Shown piece by piece: positions 38,024 to 48,127 of a stretch of DNA of 50,056 nucleotides (its first letter is position 1; each line of letters starts with the position of its first letter). The position numbers and the translations under genes are program-made. The DNA is taken from the NCBI GenBank assembly GCA_031416315.1, contig JANOTL010000047.1:1-50056 (forward strand), written 5' to 3'. The stretch comes from Pseudomonadota bacterium (GTDB lineage Bacteria > Bdellovibrionota_B > Oligoflexia > Oligoflexales > CAIYRB01). Under the pieces are notes generated by a model. The model had not been told where the DNA came from. It saw only the letters and a list, made by a program, of their open reading frames with translations, and did not search any database.

Positions 38024-38506
38024 ATGGCCCTGGGTAGTCTGCGCGCGCTCGTGATGATCGCCGGTGTCCTATTGAGTGGCATGCCACTCGCTTGCAAGAA
38101 GGCCGGCGGCTCTTCGGGTGGAAGCGGCGTGCAGTTCCCCGTGCGCATCGGCGAAGAAGGCGACGCGGCCGCCGCGACGAAGACCGGCGCGCTCAAGGTG
38201 GGCGACGGCCAACGCTTCGCTTTCGATCTTCAGCGCGAGCCCCTGCTCGGCTCCGCCGGACTATGGGCCTGCTGGGACATTCCTGCGCCGACGACGCCGC
38301 TCGGCCGCGCCGTCTGCGGCGCAGACGCCAGCAAGTCTTTCGAGGTCACCGCGACCTACGTCGACCTTCTCTGCCGTACGAACCCCGACTTCGGCGTCAT
38401 CCGCGCGACCACCGAGGTCGAAGCCGCGGCGTGTCCCGGCGGCTACGAAGTGTTCACGTACGCGTTCGTGCCGGCCGGTGGGCTAGAGCTGCTCGGCAAT
38501 AAGTAG
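38024..38506 (+). CDS. Cys-containing hypothetical lipoprotein
   Basis: ATG 38024 with GGGAG RBS; PLAC lipobox-like motif, then a Gly/Ser linker. Confidence 0.7.
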   Translation: MALGSLRALVMIAGVLLSGMPLACKKAGGSSGGSGVQFPVRIGEEGDAAAATKTGALKVGDGQRFAFDLQREPLLGSAGLWACWDIPAPTTPLGRAVCGADASKSFEVTATYVDLLCRTNPDFGVIRATTEVEAAACPGGYEVFTYAFVPAGGLELLGNK

Positions 38507-38529
38507 GCCGGCGTGCTAACGTCCGTCGC

Positions 38530-39447
38530 ATGATCGAACCAGCGAAGGCGCCGAATCTCGCGTTCTCCGCGCTTCTGCTCGGTGCCGTCGGCATCGCCTT
38601 CGCCCCGGTGCTGGCGAAGCTCGCCGTGAACGTCGACGGCCTGCAGGACGGCGTCCGCTTTTCTCCCGTAGCCGCCGCCTTTTGGCGGATGGCGATCGCT
38701 TCGCCTTTCTTCTGGCTCGCCGTGTGGCGCGGGCGCGGGCGCGGCGCCGAAGCGCCGTTCGCCGGTCCGCCGAAGCTGCCGCTGATCGTCCCGGGACTCT
38801 TTTTCGCGGCGGATCTCGGGATCTGGCACTGGGCCTTCGAGTTCACCTCGGTGGCGAACGCGACGCTTGAGGCGAATTTCGCGGCCATCATCGTGCCGCT
38901 CGTCGCGTTTTTCTGGCTGAAGGAGCGCTTCAGCTGGCTTTTCGTCGTCGGCGCCGCGCTCGCGCTCGCGGGGATGGCGCGCCTCGTCGGCTTCAGCATC
39001 TCGTCCGAAGGCGACGCGTGGATCGGCGACCTGATGGGCATCGGAACGGCGGCCGCGTACTCGGGCTATCTTCTCTCGTCGAAAGTTTTGCTGGGCCGTT
39101 TTCCGGTGAAGCTCGTCATGGCGTGCGCGACGACCGGCACCGCCGTGTTCCTGCTTCTGGGCGCGGCCGTGACGCCTGGGCGGCTCTTGCCGCAGACGGC
39201 GGCGAGCTGGGGCTACCTCGTCGCGCTCGCCCTGATCGCTCAGGTGTTCGGCCAGGGCTTGATCGCGTTCGGCATGAGCCGCCTTCCCGCCGGATTCTCC
39301 GCCGTGACCTTGATTCTTCAGCCAGTCGTGGCGGCTTACCTGAGCTGGGTGATGCTGGACCAGAAGATGAGCGGAGCGCAAATGGCGGCAGGACTCGTGG
39401 TGCTGGCCGGAATCGTGCTGGCGCGGTTCGGAACGCGCAAAAACTGA
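38530..39447 (+). CDS. DMT/EamA family transporter
   Basis: About ten hydrophobic helices; AFWRM, TSVANAT, LKER, LQPV. Confidence 0.9.
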   Translation: MIEPAKAPNLAFSALLLGAVGIAFAPVLAKLAVNVDGLQDGVRFSPVAAAFWRMAIASPFFWLAVWRGRGRGAEAPFAGPPKLPLIVPGLFFAADLGIWHWAFEFTSVANATLEANFAAIIVPLVAFFWLKERFSWLFVVGAALALAGMARLVGFSISSEGDAWIGDLMGIGTAAAYSGYLLSSKVLLGRFPVKLVMACATTGTAVFLLLGAAVTPGRLLPQTAASWGYLVALALIAQVFGQGLIAFGMSRLPAGFSAVTLILQPVVAAYLSWVMLDQKMSGAQMAAGLVVLAGIVLARFGTRKN

Positions 39448-39482
39448 TCGACATCGCGGGCCCTCGAGGCCTCGATGCCGAG

Positions 39483-40130
39483 CTAGATCTCGACCGGAAC
39501 TCCATGACACTTCTCGTCTTTCCCGACCGGCGCGACGCGTTTGACGACGATCAGGCCGAAGGCGCATTGGTCGGGCGGGCAGCGGCCTGCGCCTGGATGG
39601 GCTGCCATGGGATTGCTCACGCAGACGCCGTTCTTGCTCTTGAGCGGCCCAGAGGCACCGGTATAAAGCTTGTGCTCGCCGATGCCCTTGGCGCCACGAC
39701 GGGCCAGCTCGTCCCGAATGACGCGCTGCAGCGTACCTAGCGCGGTGGCGCGCACGGCCTCGAAATCGAGGTCGTCGCGCAGCTTCGCGAAGTCGGTCTC
39801 ACCTTCTATGGCGTCGACGAGCTCGAGGACCGTGTCCGAGGTGACCGGCGTCCCCGGCAGGAACCGGAAGGCGTCTTTGAGCTGCGCTCGGGCTTGGTCC
39901 CGGTCGCCCTTCAGCGCCAAGATGCGAGCTTTCACGAACACGCGCCGAGACTCGGCCTCCCCTTTTGCCTTATAGGAGTCGACGAACTTGAGAGCCTCCG
40001 CATAGCTGCCCTTGCCCATGAGGACCTTGGCGGTATCGAGGGGCGATTGCGGGTCGGGAGCTTTCGGCACGGCGCCTGCACGAGACGCAGCGGCCAGCAA
40101 AAGACCGAGGGTCCAAGGGCGAAGCTGCAT
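39483..40130 (-). CDS. Secreted TPR-containing hypothetical protein
   Basis: Signal peptide, TPR-like helices, Cys-containing C-terminus; AAGGAG RBS. Confidence 0.7.
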   Translation of the reverse strand: MQLRPWTLGLLLAAASRAGAVPKAPDPQSPLDTAKVLMGKGSYAEALKFVDSYKAKGEAESRRVFVKARILALKGDRDQARAQLKDAFRFLPGTPVTSDTVLELVDAIEGETDFAKLRDDLDFEAVRATALGTLQRVIRDELARRGAKGIGEHKLYTGASGPLKSKNGVCVSNPMAAHPGAGRCPPDQCAFGLIVVKRVAPVGKDEKCHGVPVEI

Positions 40131-40168
40131 GCATTGACTCCTTTTCGCTATCTTATCAGGGAGATGCC

Positions 40169-41173
40169 ATGGTGGTCCAGGTGCGAGCCGAAGGCCTATA
40201 TTGCCCTGCCGGGGACTTCTACGTCGACCCCTGGAAGCCAGTCGAGCGCGCGCTCATCACACATGCGCATGGAGACCACTTACAGGGTTCGGCCGGCTCT
40301 TACCTCGCGACGCAAGCATCGATCCCAATTTTGAGACAAAGAATCGGCGCCGAGGCGCCACTCGCGGGAATCGAATACGGCGTCGAAGCGACCTACGGCC
40401 GTACGCGGGTTTCCTTTCACCCTGCCGGCCACATCTTGGGCTCGGCCCAGATCCGGATCGAGACCGAAGGCGAGGTCTGGGTCGTGTCCGGGGACTACAA
40501 GCGGACTTACGACCCGACCTGTGCGGCGTTCGAGGTCGTGCCTTGCGACGTGTTCATCACCGAAGCGACCTTCGCGGCGCCGATCTACCGGTGGCAGGAA
40601 GGGATCGAGACGGCGCGGGAGATCCTCGCTTGGTGGAAGGCCGTCGCGGCGACGGGCGGCACGGCCGTGCTCTTCTGCTACGCCTTGGGCAAGACGCAAC
40701 GCATTCTTGCTGAGCTCGCGCGTCTCGAGAATGTCCCCCAAGAGCCCGTCCTGCTGCACGGCGCGATGTTGGGATTGACCGAGATCTACCGCCAGGCCGG
40801 TGTCCGGATGTTGGCGACCGAGCACCTCGGCGACAAGGACGCAAAGGTTCCCATCGCGGGGCGTCTGGTGTTGGCGCCGCCGTCGGCGTATCGCTCGCCT
40901 TGGATGCGTCGGTTCAAAGAGTTCGAGACCGGCTTCGCGTCGGGCTGGGTGCGAGTGCGCGGCGCGCTGCGGCAGCGTGGGCACGACCGCGGCTTCGTGC
41001 TCTCCGACCACGCTGACTGGCGCGAGTTGACCGAGACGATCGTCGCGACCGGCGCTAAGAAGATCCTGGTGACCCATGGACGGCCGGACGTGCTGGTGCG
41101 CTGGCTCCAGGAGCAAGGCCACGACGCCGCGGAGCTGAAGACCGAGTACGGCAAAGACGAGGGTGAGGACTGA
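40169..41173 (+). CDS. Ligase-associated DNA damage response exonuclease (MBL fold)
   Basis: ITHAHGDH, AGHILGSAQ, SGDYK, TEATF, LSDHADW. Confidence 0.92.
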   Translation: MVVQVRAEGLYCPAGDFYVDPWKPVERALITHAHGDHLQGSAGSYLATQASIPILRQRIGAEAPLAGIEYGVEATYGRTRVSFHPAGHILGSAQIRIETEGEVWVVSGDYKRTYDPTCAAFEVVPCDVFITEATFAAPIYRWQEGIETAREILAWWKAVAATGGTAVLFCYALGKTQRILAELARLENVPQEPVLLHGAMLGLTEIYRQAGVRMLATEHLGDKDAKVPIAGRLVLAPPSAYRSPWMRRFKEFETGFASGWVRVRGALRQRGHDRGFVLSDHADWRELTETIVATGAKKILVTHGRPDVLVRWLQEQGHDAAELKTEYGKDEGED

Positions 41174-42783
41174 TGCGCGCCTTCTCCGAGCTGTTCGCGG
41201 CGCTCGATCGCACCACCTCGTTGAACGACAAGCTGGCCGCTTTGGTCGCCTATTTGCGCGCCGTCGGCGCCGCCGACGGGGCATGGGCGGTCGCCCTGTT
41301 GAGCGGCCGACGGCCGAAAAAGCCGGTCAACCGGCGCATCGCCCAAGAGGCGCTGGTCGAGTATCTCGGGATCCAGCCATGGGTGATCGACGCCTCGTAC
41401 GAGCTCGTCGGCGATCTCGGCGAAACTTGCTCTCTCCTGATCGATACGTTGCGACCCGTGCGCGCGACAGACGTGGCGCACGCACCTTTAGCCGAATGGA
41501 TGGAGACGCGCCTCCCCGCGATCGCCGCGCTTGAAGACGATGCGGCGAAGAAGCGTCGGCTGATCGGCTGGTGGGAAGAGCTTTCGCAGGGCGAGATCTT
41601 CCTGCTGCAGAAGCTCATCTCAGGCGGGTTCCGCGTCGGCGTCTCTGAGTCACTGGTCGTGAAGGCCTTGGCAGCGGTGGCCTGCGTGCCGGTGACGGTG
41701 ATGACGCAGCGCTTGACCGGCAAGTGGGCTCCGACTCCCGAGGTGTTTCGCGGTTTCCTCGAGGCAGAGGGCGGCGCGCGGCGCGACGTGACGCAACCGT
41801 ATGCCTTCGCATTGGCCTATCCCTTGGACCAAGCGCCGGCGGAATTGGGCGAGCGCGCCGCGTGGAGCGCCGAGTGGAAGTGGGACGGGATTCGCGCGCA
41901 GCTCGTGCGGCGGGAGGGTGCGTGCCACGTTTGGTCGCGCGGTGAAGACCTCGTGACGGCGGCATTTCCCGAGATCGCGATTGCCGCAGTCGCCGCGTTT
42001 CCGGACGACACGGTCGTCGACGGCGAGATCCTGGCGTTCGAGAACGAGCTGCCCCTGCCATTCGCCGCGCTGCAGAAACGTCTGGGGCGAAAGAAGGTGA
42101 CTGCTGCGGTGCAAGCCGCGACCCCTCTGCGCTTTTTGGCTTACGATCTCTTGGAGCTCGGCGGAATCGACTATCGCGACGAGCCTTTCGCTCGCCGGCG
42201 TGAAGCGCTCGAAGGTCTGGTCGCAGGTGCGGTCGCACCGCTAGGCCTATCGCCTCTGGTTCTCGCTGCGACCTGGGAAGACCTGGCTGCAGCGCGTGAA
42301 GCCGCCAGGGAACGAGGCGTCGAAGGCTTGATGCTGAAGAAGTTAGACGCGCCCTATCGCGCAGGTCGCAAGCGCGGCGACTGGTGGAAGTGGAAGGTCG
42401 AGCCCCTGGTCGTCGATGCCGTCCTGATCTACGCCCAGGCAGGGTCCGGCAGGCGGGCGAATCTGTTCACTGATTACAGCTTTGCGGTCTGGCGTGGCAG
42501 TGACTTGGTACCGGTGGCGAAGGCATACTCCGGCCTCGACGCGGGCGAGATCGCCGAGCTCGATCGCTGGATCCGGGCGCACACGAAGGAGAAGTTCGGC
42601 CCGGTACGCTCGGTCGAGCCGCACCACGTCTTCGAGCTCGGCTTCGAGGGCATCCAGACCTCCGGCCGCCACAAGGCGGGCGTGGCCCTGCGCTTTCCGC
42701 GCATCCTGCGCTGGCGCCGCGACAAGACGCCGGCCGAGGCCGACACGCTACAAACGCTGGAAGCGATGTTGAGGACGCCATGA
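41173..42783 (+). CDS. ATP-dependent DNA ligase
   Basis: EWKWDGIR, VDGE, EGLMLK, WWKWK, LRFPR; TGATG coupling. Confidence 0.95.
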   Translation: MRAFSELFAALDRTTSLNDKLAALVAYLRAVGAADGAWAVALLSGRRPKKPVNRRIAQEALVEYLGIQPWVIDASYELVGDLGETCSLLIDTLRPVRATDVAHAPLAEWMETRLPAIAALEDDAAKKRRLIGWWEELSQGEIFLLQKLISGGFRVGVSESLVVKALAAVACVPVTVMTQRLTGKWAPTPEVFRGFLEAEGGARRDVTQPYAFALAYPLDQAPAELGERAAWSAEWKWDGIRAQLVRREGACHVWSRGEDLVTAAFPEIAIAAVAAFPDDTVVDGEILAFENELPLPFAALQKRLGRKKVTAAVQAATPLRFLAYDLLELGGIDYRDEPFARRREALEGLVAGAVAPLGLSPLVLAATWEDLAAAREAARERGVEGLMLKKLDAPYRAGRKRGDWWKWKVEPLVVDAVLIYAQAGSGRRANLFTDYSFAVWRGSDLVPVAKAYSGLDAGEIAELDRWIRAHTKEKFGPVRSVEPHHVFELGFEGIQTSGRHKAGVALRFPRILRWRRDKTPAEADTLQTLEAMLRTP

Positions 42784-45191
42784 AAACCTGGTTCGCCGTC
42801 CGCGGATGGAAGCCCTGGCCGTTTCAGACGGCGGCCTGGAAAGCGTTTGCGGCAGGTCGCGAAGGTCTTGTGCACGTCCCGACCGGCGCCGGCAAGACCT
42901 ATGCTGCATTCGGCGGACCGTTGCAGGCGCTGCGGCGAGGCGCCTTCGGCAAGCGCCCCGGGCTCAAGATCGTCTACGTAACGCCGTTGCGCGCTTTGGC
43001 ACGAGACATCGAGCTCGCGCTCGCCGAGGCCGTTGCCGGACTCGGCGTCACGGCGCGCGTCGAAAGCCGGACGGGTGACACCAGCTCGAGCGTGCGAGCG
43101 CGGCAACAGCAGCGTCTGCCGGAAGTGCTCGTAACGACGCCAGAATCTCTCGCTCTGCTGATCGCCCGTGGCGACGCGACCGAGGTCTTGGCGCAAGTCG
43201 GCGCGGTGATCGTCGACGAGTGGCACGAGCTACTCGGGAACAAGCGCGGCGTGCAACTTCAGCTGACGTTGACTCGCCTGCGCGCCTTGAGTCCGAAGAT
43301 GCGGACTTGGGGCGTCAGCGCGACTCTGCAAGATCCGGAGGCGGCGGCGCGCGCTCTGGTCGCGGTCGGGACGGAGCCGATCGTCGTGCGCGGCTCGATG
43401 TCGAGACCCGTGACCTTGGCGACGCTCTTGCCGGAGACGCTGGAGGCGTTCCCTTGGGCGGGTCACCTCGGCGCCGTGATGTTGCAGCCGGTGCTCGCGG
43501 CGCTCGATCCGAGCGTGGCGACCTTGATCTTTACGAACACGCGATCGCAGGCAGAGCGCTGGTATCAGTTATTGAAGGAAGCGCGGCCAGAGTGGGCGGA
43601 GCTCCTCGCTTTACATCACGGCTCGATCGACAAAGAAGCGCGGGAGCGCGCGGAGGCAGGACTGAAGTCGGGGGCGGTCCGCATCGTCGTCGCGACATCC
43701 TCGCTCGATCTGGGCATCGACTTTCCCGAGGTCGAGCGCGTCTTCCAGATCGGCTCGCCCAAAGGGATGGGGCGGCTCCTTCAGCGTGCGGGGCGTAGCG
43801 CGCACCGGCCATTGGCGACGTGCTCGGTGACCTGCGTGCCGACGCACGGGCTGGAGCTGCTGGAGTTTGCGGCGGCGCGTCGGAGCCTCGCGGACGGGGA
43901 GCAGGCGATCGAGCGGCGTGTGGCGCCTCGCGGTGCGCTCGATGTCTTGGTGCAGCATCTCGTGAGCTGTGCCCTCGGCGGTGGCTTCACGGTCGAGTCG
44001 ATGGCGGCCGAGGTGCGCAGCGCCTATTCCTACCGTGATTTGAGTGACGAAGATTTGCAGTGGTGCCTGCGCTTCATCACCACTGGCGGCAATGTGCTCG
44101 AAGCTTACCCGGCCTATCGACGCGTCGACGTCGTCGACGGGCGCTACGTCGTCCTAGACCAGCGGCAAGCGCGGCAACATCGGCTGAACATCGGGACGAT
44201 CGTCGGCAACGAGACCGCGCAAGTGAAGTTGATGACCGGCAAGCGACTCGGGAGCGTCGAAGAGGGTTATATCGCGCGCCTGCGGCCCGGGGATCGGTTC
44301 TTGTTCGCAGGGCGAACGCTCGAGCTAGTGAAACTGCGCGATCTCGAAGCAGTGGTGAAGCTCGCGAGCGGGAAGACGACGAACGTTCCGGCCTGGCAAG
44401 GCGGGTTCTTGCCGCTGTCGAGCTCGCTCGGTTCGGCTCTGCGCGGTCTCGTCGCCGAGCTCTCGGTCGGCAAGCCGGCGCTGGAGCCGGAGACACGCGC
44501 CGCAGCGCCGATCCTGGACGCCCAGCTCGCGCTGTCGGTCTTACCGGCGGCTGCGGAGTTGCTGGTCGAAACCTGGCGGTCGCGTGAGGGCGACCATCTC
44601 TTCGTGCATTCATTCGCCGGGCGGAGCAGCAACGAGACGATCTCGGCCTTGCTCGCGCTGCGCCTCTCCCGCAAGGTGAAAGCGACTTTCGCCATCGTGG
44701 CCAACGACTACGGGTTCGCGCTGATCACGGCGGCGAAGGTCGCTTGGGACGACCTCGTCGGACCGGACGATTTCACCTTGGCGCAGCTCGACGCCGATCT
44801 CGCCGCGACCGTCGACGCCGCCCAAGGCGCGAAGCGGCAGTTCCGCGAGATCGCGCGGATCGCGGGGCTGGTGCATCAGGCCTATCCAGGGCAACGGAAG
44901 ACCGGGCGTGCGGTCCATGCGAGCGCGTCGTTGCTATACGATACGCTCGAGCGCTTCGATCCGGGAAATGCGCTGGTCGAGCAGGCAAAACGCGAGGCTT
45001 CGCGGGATCTGCACGAAGACGGCGCGCTGGTCGAGACTCTGCAGAGGCTTGGAGTCGCGCGTTGGCTCAGGGTGAGCTTAAAGCGGCCTTCGCCCTTTGC
45101 CTTCCCTTTGGTCGTCGAGCGCATCCGCGCGCGCCTCGGCTCGGAAAGCTTGGCCGAGCGAGTGCACCGCATGACGGGGCCGTGGCGATGA
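42780..45191 (+). CDS. Ligase-associated DEXH-box helicase (Lhr-core)
   Basis: PTGAGKT, DEWH, SAT, QRAGRSAH; ATGA coupling. Confidence 0.93.
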   Translation: MKTWFAVRGWKPWPFQTAAWKAFAAGREGLVHVPTGAGKTYAAFGGPLQALRRGAFGKRPGLKIVYVTPLRALARDIELALAEAVAGLGVTARVESRTGDTSSSVRARQQQRLPEVLVTTPESLALLIARGDATEVLAQVGAVIVDEWHELLGNKRGVQLQLTLTRLRALSPKMRTWGVSATLQDPEAAARALVAVGTEPIVVRGSMSRPVTLATLLPETLEAFPWAGHLGAVMLQPVLAALDPSVATLIFTNTRSQAERWYQLLKEARPEWAELLALHHGSIDKEARERAEAGLKSGAVRIVVATSSLDLGIDFPEVERVFQIGSPKGMGRLLQRAGRSAHRPLATCSVTCVPTHGLELLEFAAARRSLADGEQAIERRVAPRGALDVLVQHLVSCALGGGFTVESMAAEVRSAYSYRDLSDEDLQWCLRFITTGGNVLEAYPAYRRVDVVDGRYVVLDQRQARQHRLNIGTIVGNETAQVKLMTGKRLGSVEEGYIARLRPGDRFLFAGRTLELVKLRDLEAVVKLASGKTTNVPAWQGGFLPLSSSLGSALRGLVAELSVGKPALEPETRAAAPILDAQLALSVLPAAAELLVETWRSREGDHLFVHSFAGRSSNETISALLALRLSRKVKATFAIVANDYGFALITAAKVAWDDLVGPDDFTLAQLDADLAATVDAAQGAKRQFREIARIAGLVHQAYPGQRKTGRAVHASASLLYDTLERFDPGNALVEQAKREASRDLHEDGALVETLQRLGVARWLRVSLKRPSPFAFPLVVERIRARLGSESLAERVHRMTGPWR

Positions 45192-45931
45192 GCACCGAGG
45201 TGGAGATCGACGTTGCAGGGGAGGCGATCGAGCTCTTCGCGGGACGCGCCGCACACTGGCGTCGGCGCAAGACCTTGATCGTCGCCGATCTCCACTGGGG
45301 GAAGAGCGAGACCCTGCAAAAGGCGGGGATTCCATTGCCTTCGCAGGCGCTGGACGCGGATCTCGCGCGCCTGGGGCGGATGGTCGCAGCGACGCGCGCC
45401 GAGCGTGTGCTGATCCTAGGAGACTTGGTGCATGCGCGCGCGGGGCTCACGCCGGAAGTCGTGGCGAGAGTCGCGGCCTGGAGGGAAGGCTTGCGGGAGC
45501 TACGGATCGAGCTGATTACCGGGAACCACGACAAGCGGCTGCGGATCCCGGAAAGCTGGGGCATCGCGGAAGTGGGAGAGAGGGTGGTGGAGGGGGTGTT
45601 TGCGTTTGAGCATGGGCACGGGCACGGGCACGTTGAGGAGTTCGGGGTGTCCGCGTCAGGGAAGGGGGGATGGCGTGGGCGTAAGAGCGCGGTCCCGAAA
45701 CTTGGGGAGCCGGAGGTGACGTGGTCGGGCCACCTTCACCCTTCGGTTACCTTGCGCCGTGGCGGCGACCGGCTCCGGATGCCTTGCTACTTGCTGCAAC
45801 CGCGCGAGTTGCTGATGCCCGCCTTCGGGTCGACGACCGGCACGATGGACATCGTGCCGACCGGCGCGGAGCGCGTCTTCGTTTTGGCCGAAGACGCGGT
45901 CATCGAAATCACTCGGCGCGGACGAGCTTGA
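45188..45931 (+). CDS. pdeM: Ligase-associated metallophosphoesterase/endonuclease
   Basis: ADLHWGK, LGDLVH, GNHD, GHLHP, PAFG; ATG 45188 overlaps the helicase TGA. Confidence 0.9.
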   Translation: MSTEVEIDVAGEAIELFAGRAAHWRRRKTLIVADLHWGKSETLQKAGIPLPSQALDADLARLGRMVAATRAERVLILGDLVHARAGLTPEVVARVAAWREGLRELRIELITGNHDKRLRIPESWGIAEVGERVVEGVFAFEHGHGHGHVEEFGVSASGKGGWRGRKSAVPKLGEPEVTWSGHLHPSVTLRRGGDRLRMPCYLLQPRELLMPAFGSTTGTMDIVPTGAERVFVLAEDAVIEITRRGRA

Positions 45932-46272
45932 GCGTCTCGGCCAAGTAGGTTGCCTGCATGTCGACGTAACCATTGACAAAATCATTCACCGTCGGGGCGT
46001 ACGGGACGCTCGGCTCGGCGCCGTGGTTCTCGACTGGCACGCCGTCCGGACGGAAGAACATAGACTTCGTCAGGCTGAGCGTTTGCCCCGAGAAGTACAA
46101 AGGTCCTGCGATCTCGACGTGGCCGCCCGCGCCCATCGTCCGCCGCCCCATCAAAGTCGCACGGCCGATGCCGCCCATGATCGCCGGGAACGCGTCGCCG
46201 CCGGAGCCGGAAAGCTCGTCGATCAGCAAGACGATCGGCTTCGTGTAACGCACCGCGTCCGAAAGATGCGCC
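45909..46272 (-). pseudogene. C-terminal remnant of an S41 (CPAF-like) serine protease
   Basis: YTKPIVLLIDELSGSGGDAFPAIM...GRRTMGAGG...VENHGAEP; similarity stops at the upstream gene's stop; no credible start. Confidence 0.75.
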
Positions 46273-47247
46273 TCAAAAGGGGAAGGTCGAGACCGAGCGG
46301 CAGATGTCCGGCCCAGCCGGGAGCTCGAGGTCGACGCAGCGCGAAGCGTCGATTTCCGGCGTGCGCAAATCCTCAACGCTGCCGCAGTCATACGCTTCCT
46401 CGGCGCGGAACGTGAGCGCCACCGGCGTCGCCGGCGCGATGATCACGTCCCGATCGAGGACGTCGCTGACGGCCGCGAGCTGCGGCACCGCCGAAGTCGC
46501 TTCCCAAGTGTCGCCGTTCCATGCTTGGCGCACCGAGCGGTCGCCGTCGAACAGGATCGCCGCGCCGTCGCCGACCGCGAGATTGTCGAGCGCATAGCGG
46601 CTCGCGGGAATGTTGTGGTCCAAGAGCTCGAAAAGCGCGAAAATCCGCTCGTTTTTCGCGGCACGCTGCAGCTCCATCCGCGCCTCGGACTGCTCGATGC
46701 GCATCGAGACCTCGCCCTGCCGCACGGTGACGAGCTTCGAGCCCGTGAATTTTCGCTCGCCGTCGACGGTGCCGTGGACGACGACCTCGCCGTCCAGCGC
46801 CTTGTCTCGCGCCGTGAGCTTGCCGCCGCTGACGGCGACCGAGACGTGACGCGTCTGCTTGCCGGCTACGCACACGTCGAGCCTCAGGCCCTTAGCATCG
46901 ACCTGCACGCGCACGTGCTCGCCGGCCTGAGTATACGCATGCGGTTTGCCGTCTTCGACGCCTGCGACCTGGCGCAGCGCGCAGAGCCGGGCATCGACCT
47001 GCGCCAGCGCTCGAAGATAGAGCCGAGTCGCGCGCGCGACCTCGCACGCGGCGTAGCTCGCGTTCGGCGTGCTCTGCATCGCCGCGCCAAGGCCGCCGTC
47101 GTCCTGCCAGAGGCGATCTTCTTGGTAGCCGAGGCTGATGCCTTTGGTGGCGACGGCGACGGAGGTGCCGCCGACGACCCGGGCCGACAAAAAGGGGATT
47201 GCGTCGAGCGAGGCGAATGCCAGAAGAAGGGGGAGTGCGTGTTTCAT
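46273..47247 (-). CDS. Secreted hypothetical protein
   Basis: ATG 47247, hydrophobic N-terminus, six Cys. Confidence 0.7.
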   Translation of the reverse strand: MKHALPLLLAFASLDAIPFLSARVVGGTSVAVATKGISLGYQEDRLWQDDGGLGAAMQSTPNASYAACEVARATRLYLRALAQVDARLCALRQVAGVEDGKPHAYTQAGEHVRVQVDAKGLRLDVCVAGKQTRHVSVAVSGGKLTARDKALDGEVVVHGTVDGERKFTGSKLVTVRQGEVSMRIEQSEARMELQRAAKNERIFALFELLDHNIPASRYALDNLAVGDGAAILFDGDRSVRQAWNGDTWEATSAVPQLAAVSDVLDRDVIIAPATPVALTFRAEEAYDCGSVEDLRTPEIDASRCVDLELPAGPDICRSVSTFPF

Positions 47248-47254
47248 GGCACGC

Positions 47255-47282
47255 TCGTCGGCAGAATCGTCCAAAATCTAAA
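47255..47282 (-). promoter_or_regulatory. Putative sigma28 promoter, possibly giving a leaderless mRNA
   Basis: TTTAG-N15-GCCGACGA ending 7 nt before ATG 47247; no RBS. Confidence 0.45.
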
Positions 47283-47304
47283 CGATCGCCCGCCGCCACG
47301 GAGC

Positions 47305-47333
47305 TTGGGAATTCGGCAAGGGAGCGCTAGAAT
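47305..47333 (+). promoter_or_regulatory. Putative sigma70 promoter
   Basis: TTGGGA-N17-TAGAAT, then GGAGG RBS and ATG 47360. Confidence 0.5.
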
Positions 47334-47359
47334 CGTCCCTATCCTCCGGAGGTACGCAA

Positions 47360-48127
47360 ATGGGAAGCCAGCCGCTGGCTATGACGGCCGACGTGCCGTG
47401 GCGCTTCGTGGTGAGCTATCGCGCCGACGCTCGCGCCCTGTCGCGCCTGGTTCCCCTGCCGCTGGAAATCGACGCACTCGACGGCCAAGGCTTCCTCAGC
47501 GTCTGCATCCTCCGTATGCAGAGCCTCGGTCCAAGCCTCTTCCGCCGTGCATTTCAGTTCGACACCTACGAATTGCTCGTACGCGTCGGCGTGCGCTTGC
47601 CACACTGGCTCGGCAGCGAAAAGAGCTTCTACACGCTGGAAAGCCAAGTTTCGTCCGCCTGGATGGCGCGCCTCGGTCGCCGCTTCAGCATCTACAAGCC
47701 GCGGCGTGCGGAGTTCGACGTGCGGGAAGAAGGCGACGCCATCACGCTCGCGGCGAGCTGCCCGAGCGATCTGCGCCCGAGCCTCTTCCGAGCTGTCCTG
47801 CAGCCATATGCAACTATCTGTAATGATAGCGTTTTCAGCTCCAAGGATGCCGCCGTCGACTTCCTTCTCGGCATGAGCGCCGCGGTTGATTTGCACGGCC
47901 TCGCGCTGCGCGCGCAAGAGATCGCGCATCCGCCGTGGCAGGCGGCCTTCGTCGAGCCGGCGTGCCGCGCTTTGCCCGTCGTCGACCGCATGGCGCTGCG
48001 CATCGAGGCGCCGCTCACCTATGATTCCACGCTCGTTCTTTTGAATCAGAGGCAGACATGGCAAGCGACTCGACTCTTCCGCCCGGCACCCATGCAAGCC
48101 CAGACGGCCGTTACGGCGCGCCGCTGA
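47360..48127 (+). CDS. DUF2071 (YqjF-like) family protein
   Basis: VVSYRAD...LVPLPLEID..DGQGFLSV; EIAHPPW. Confidence 0.7.
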   Translation: MGSQPLAMTADVPWRFVVSYRADARALSRLVPLPLEIDALDGQGFLSVCILRMQSLGPSLFRRAFQFDTYELLVRVGVRLPHWLGSEKSFYTLESQVSSAWMARLGRRFSIYKPRRAEFDVREEGDAITLAASCPSDLRPSLFRAVLQPYATICNDSVFSSKDAAVDFLLGMSAAVDLHGLALRAQEIAHPPWQAAFVEPACRALPVVDRMALRIEAPLTYDSTLVLLNQRQTWQATRLFRPAPMQAQTAVTARR

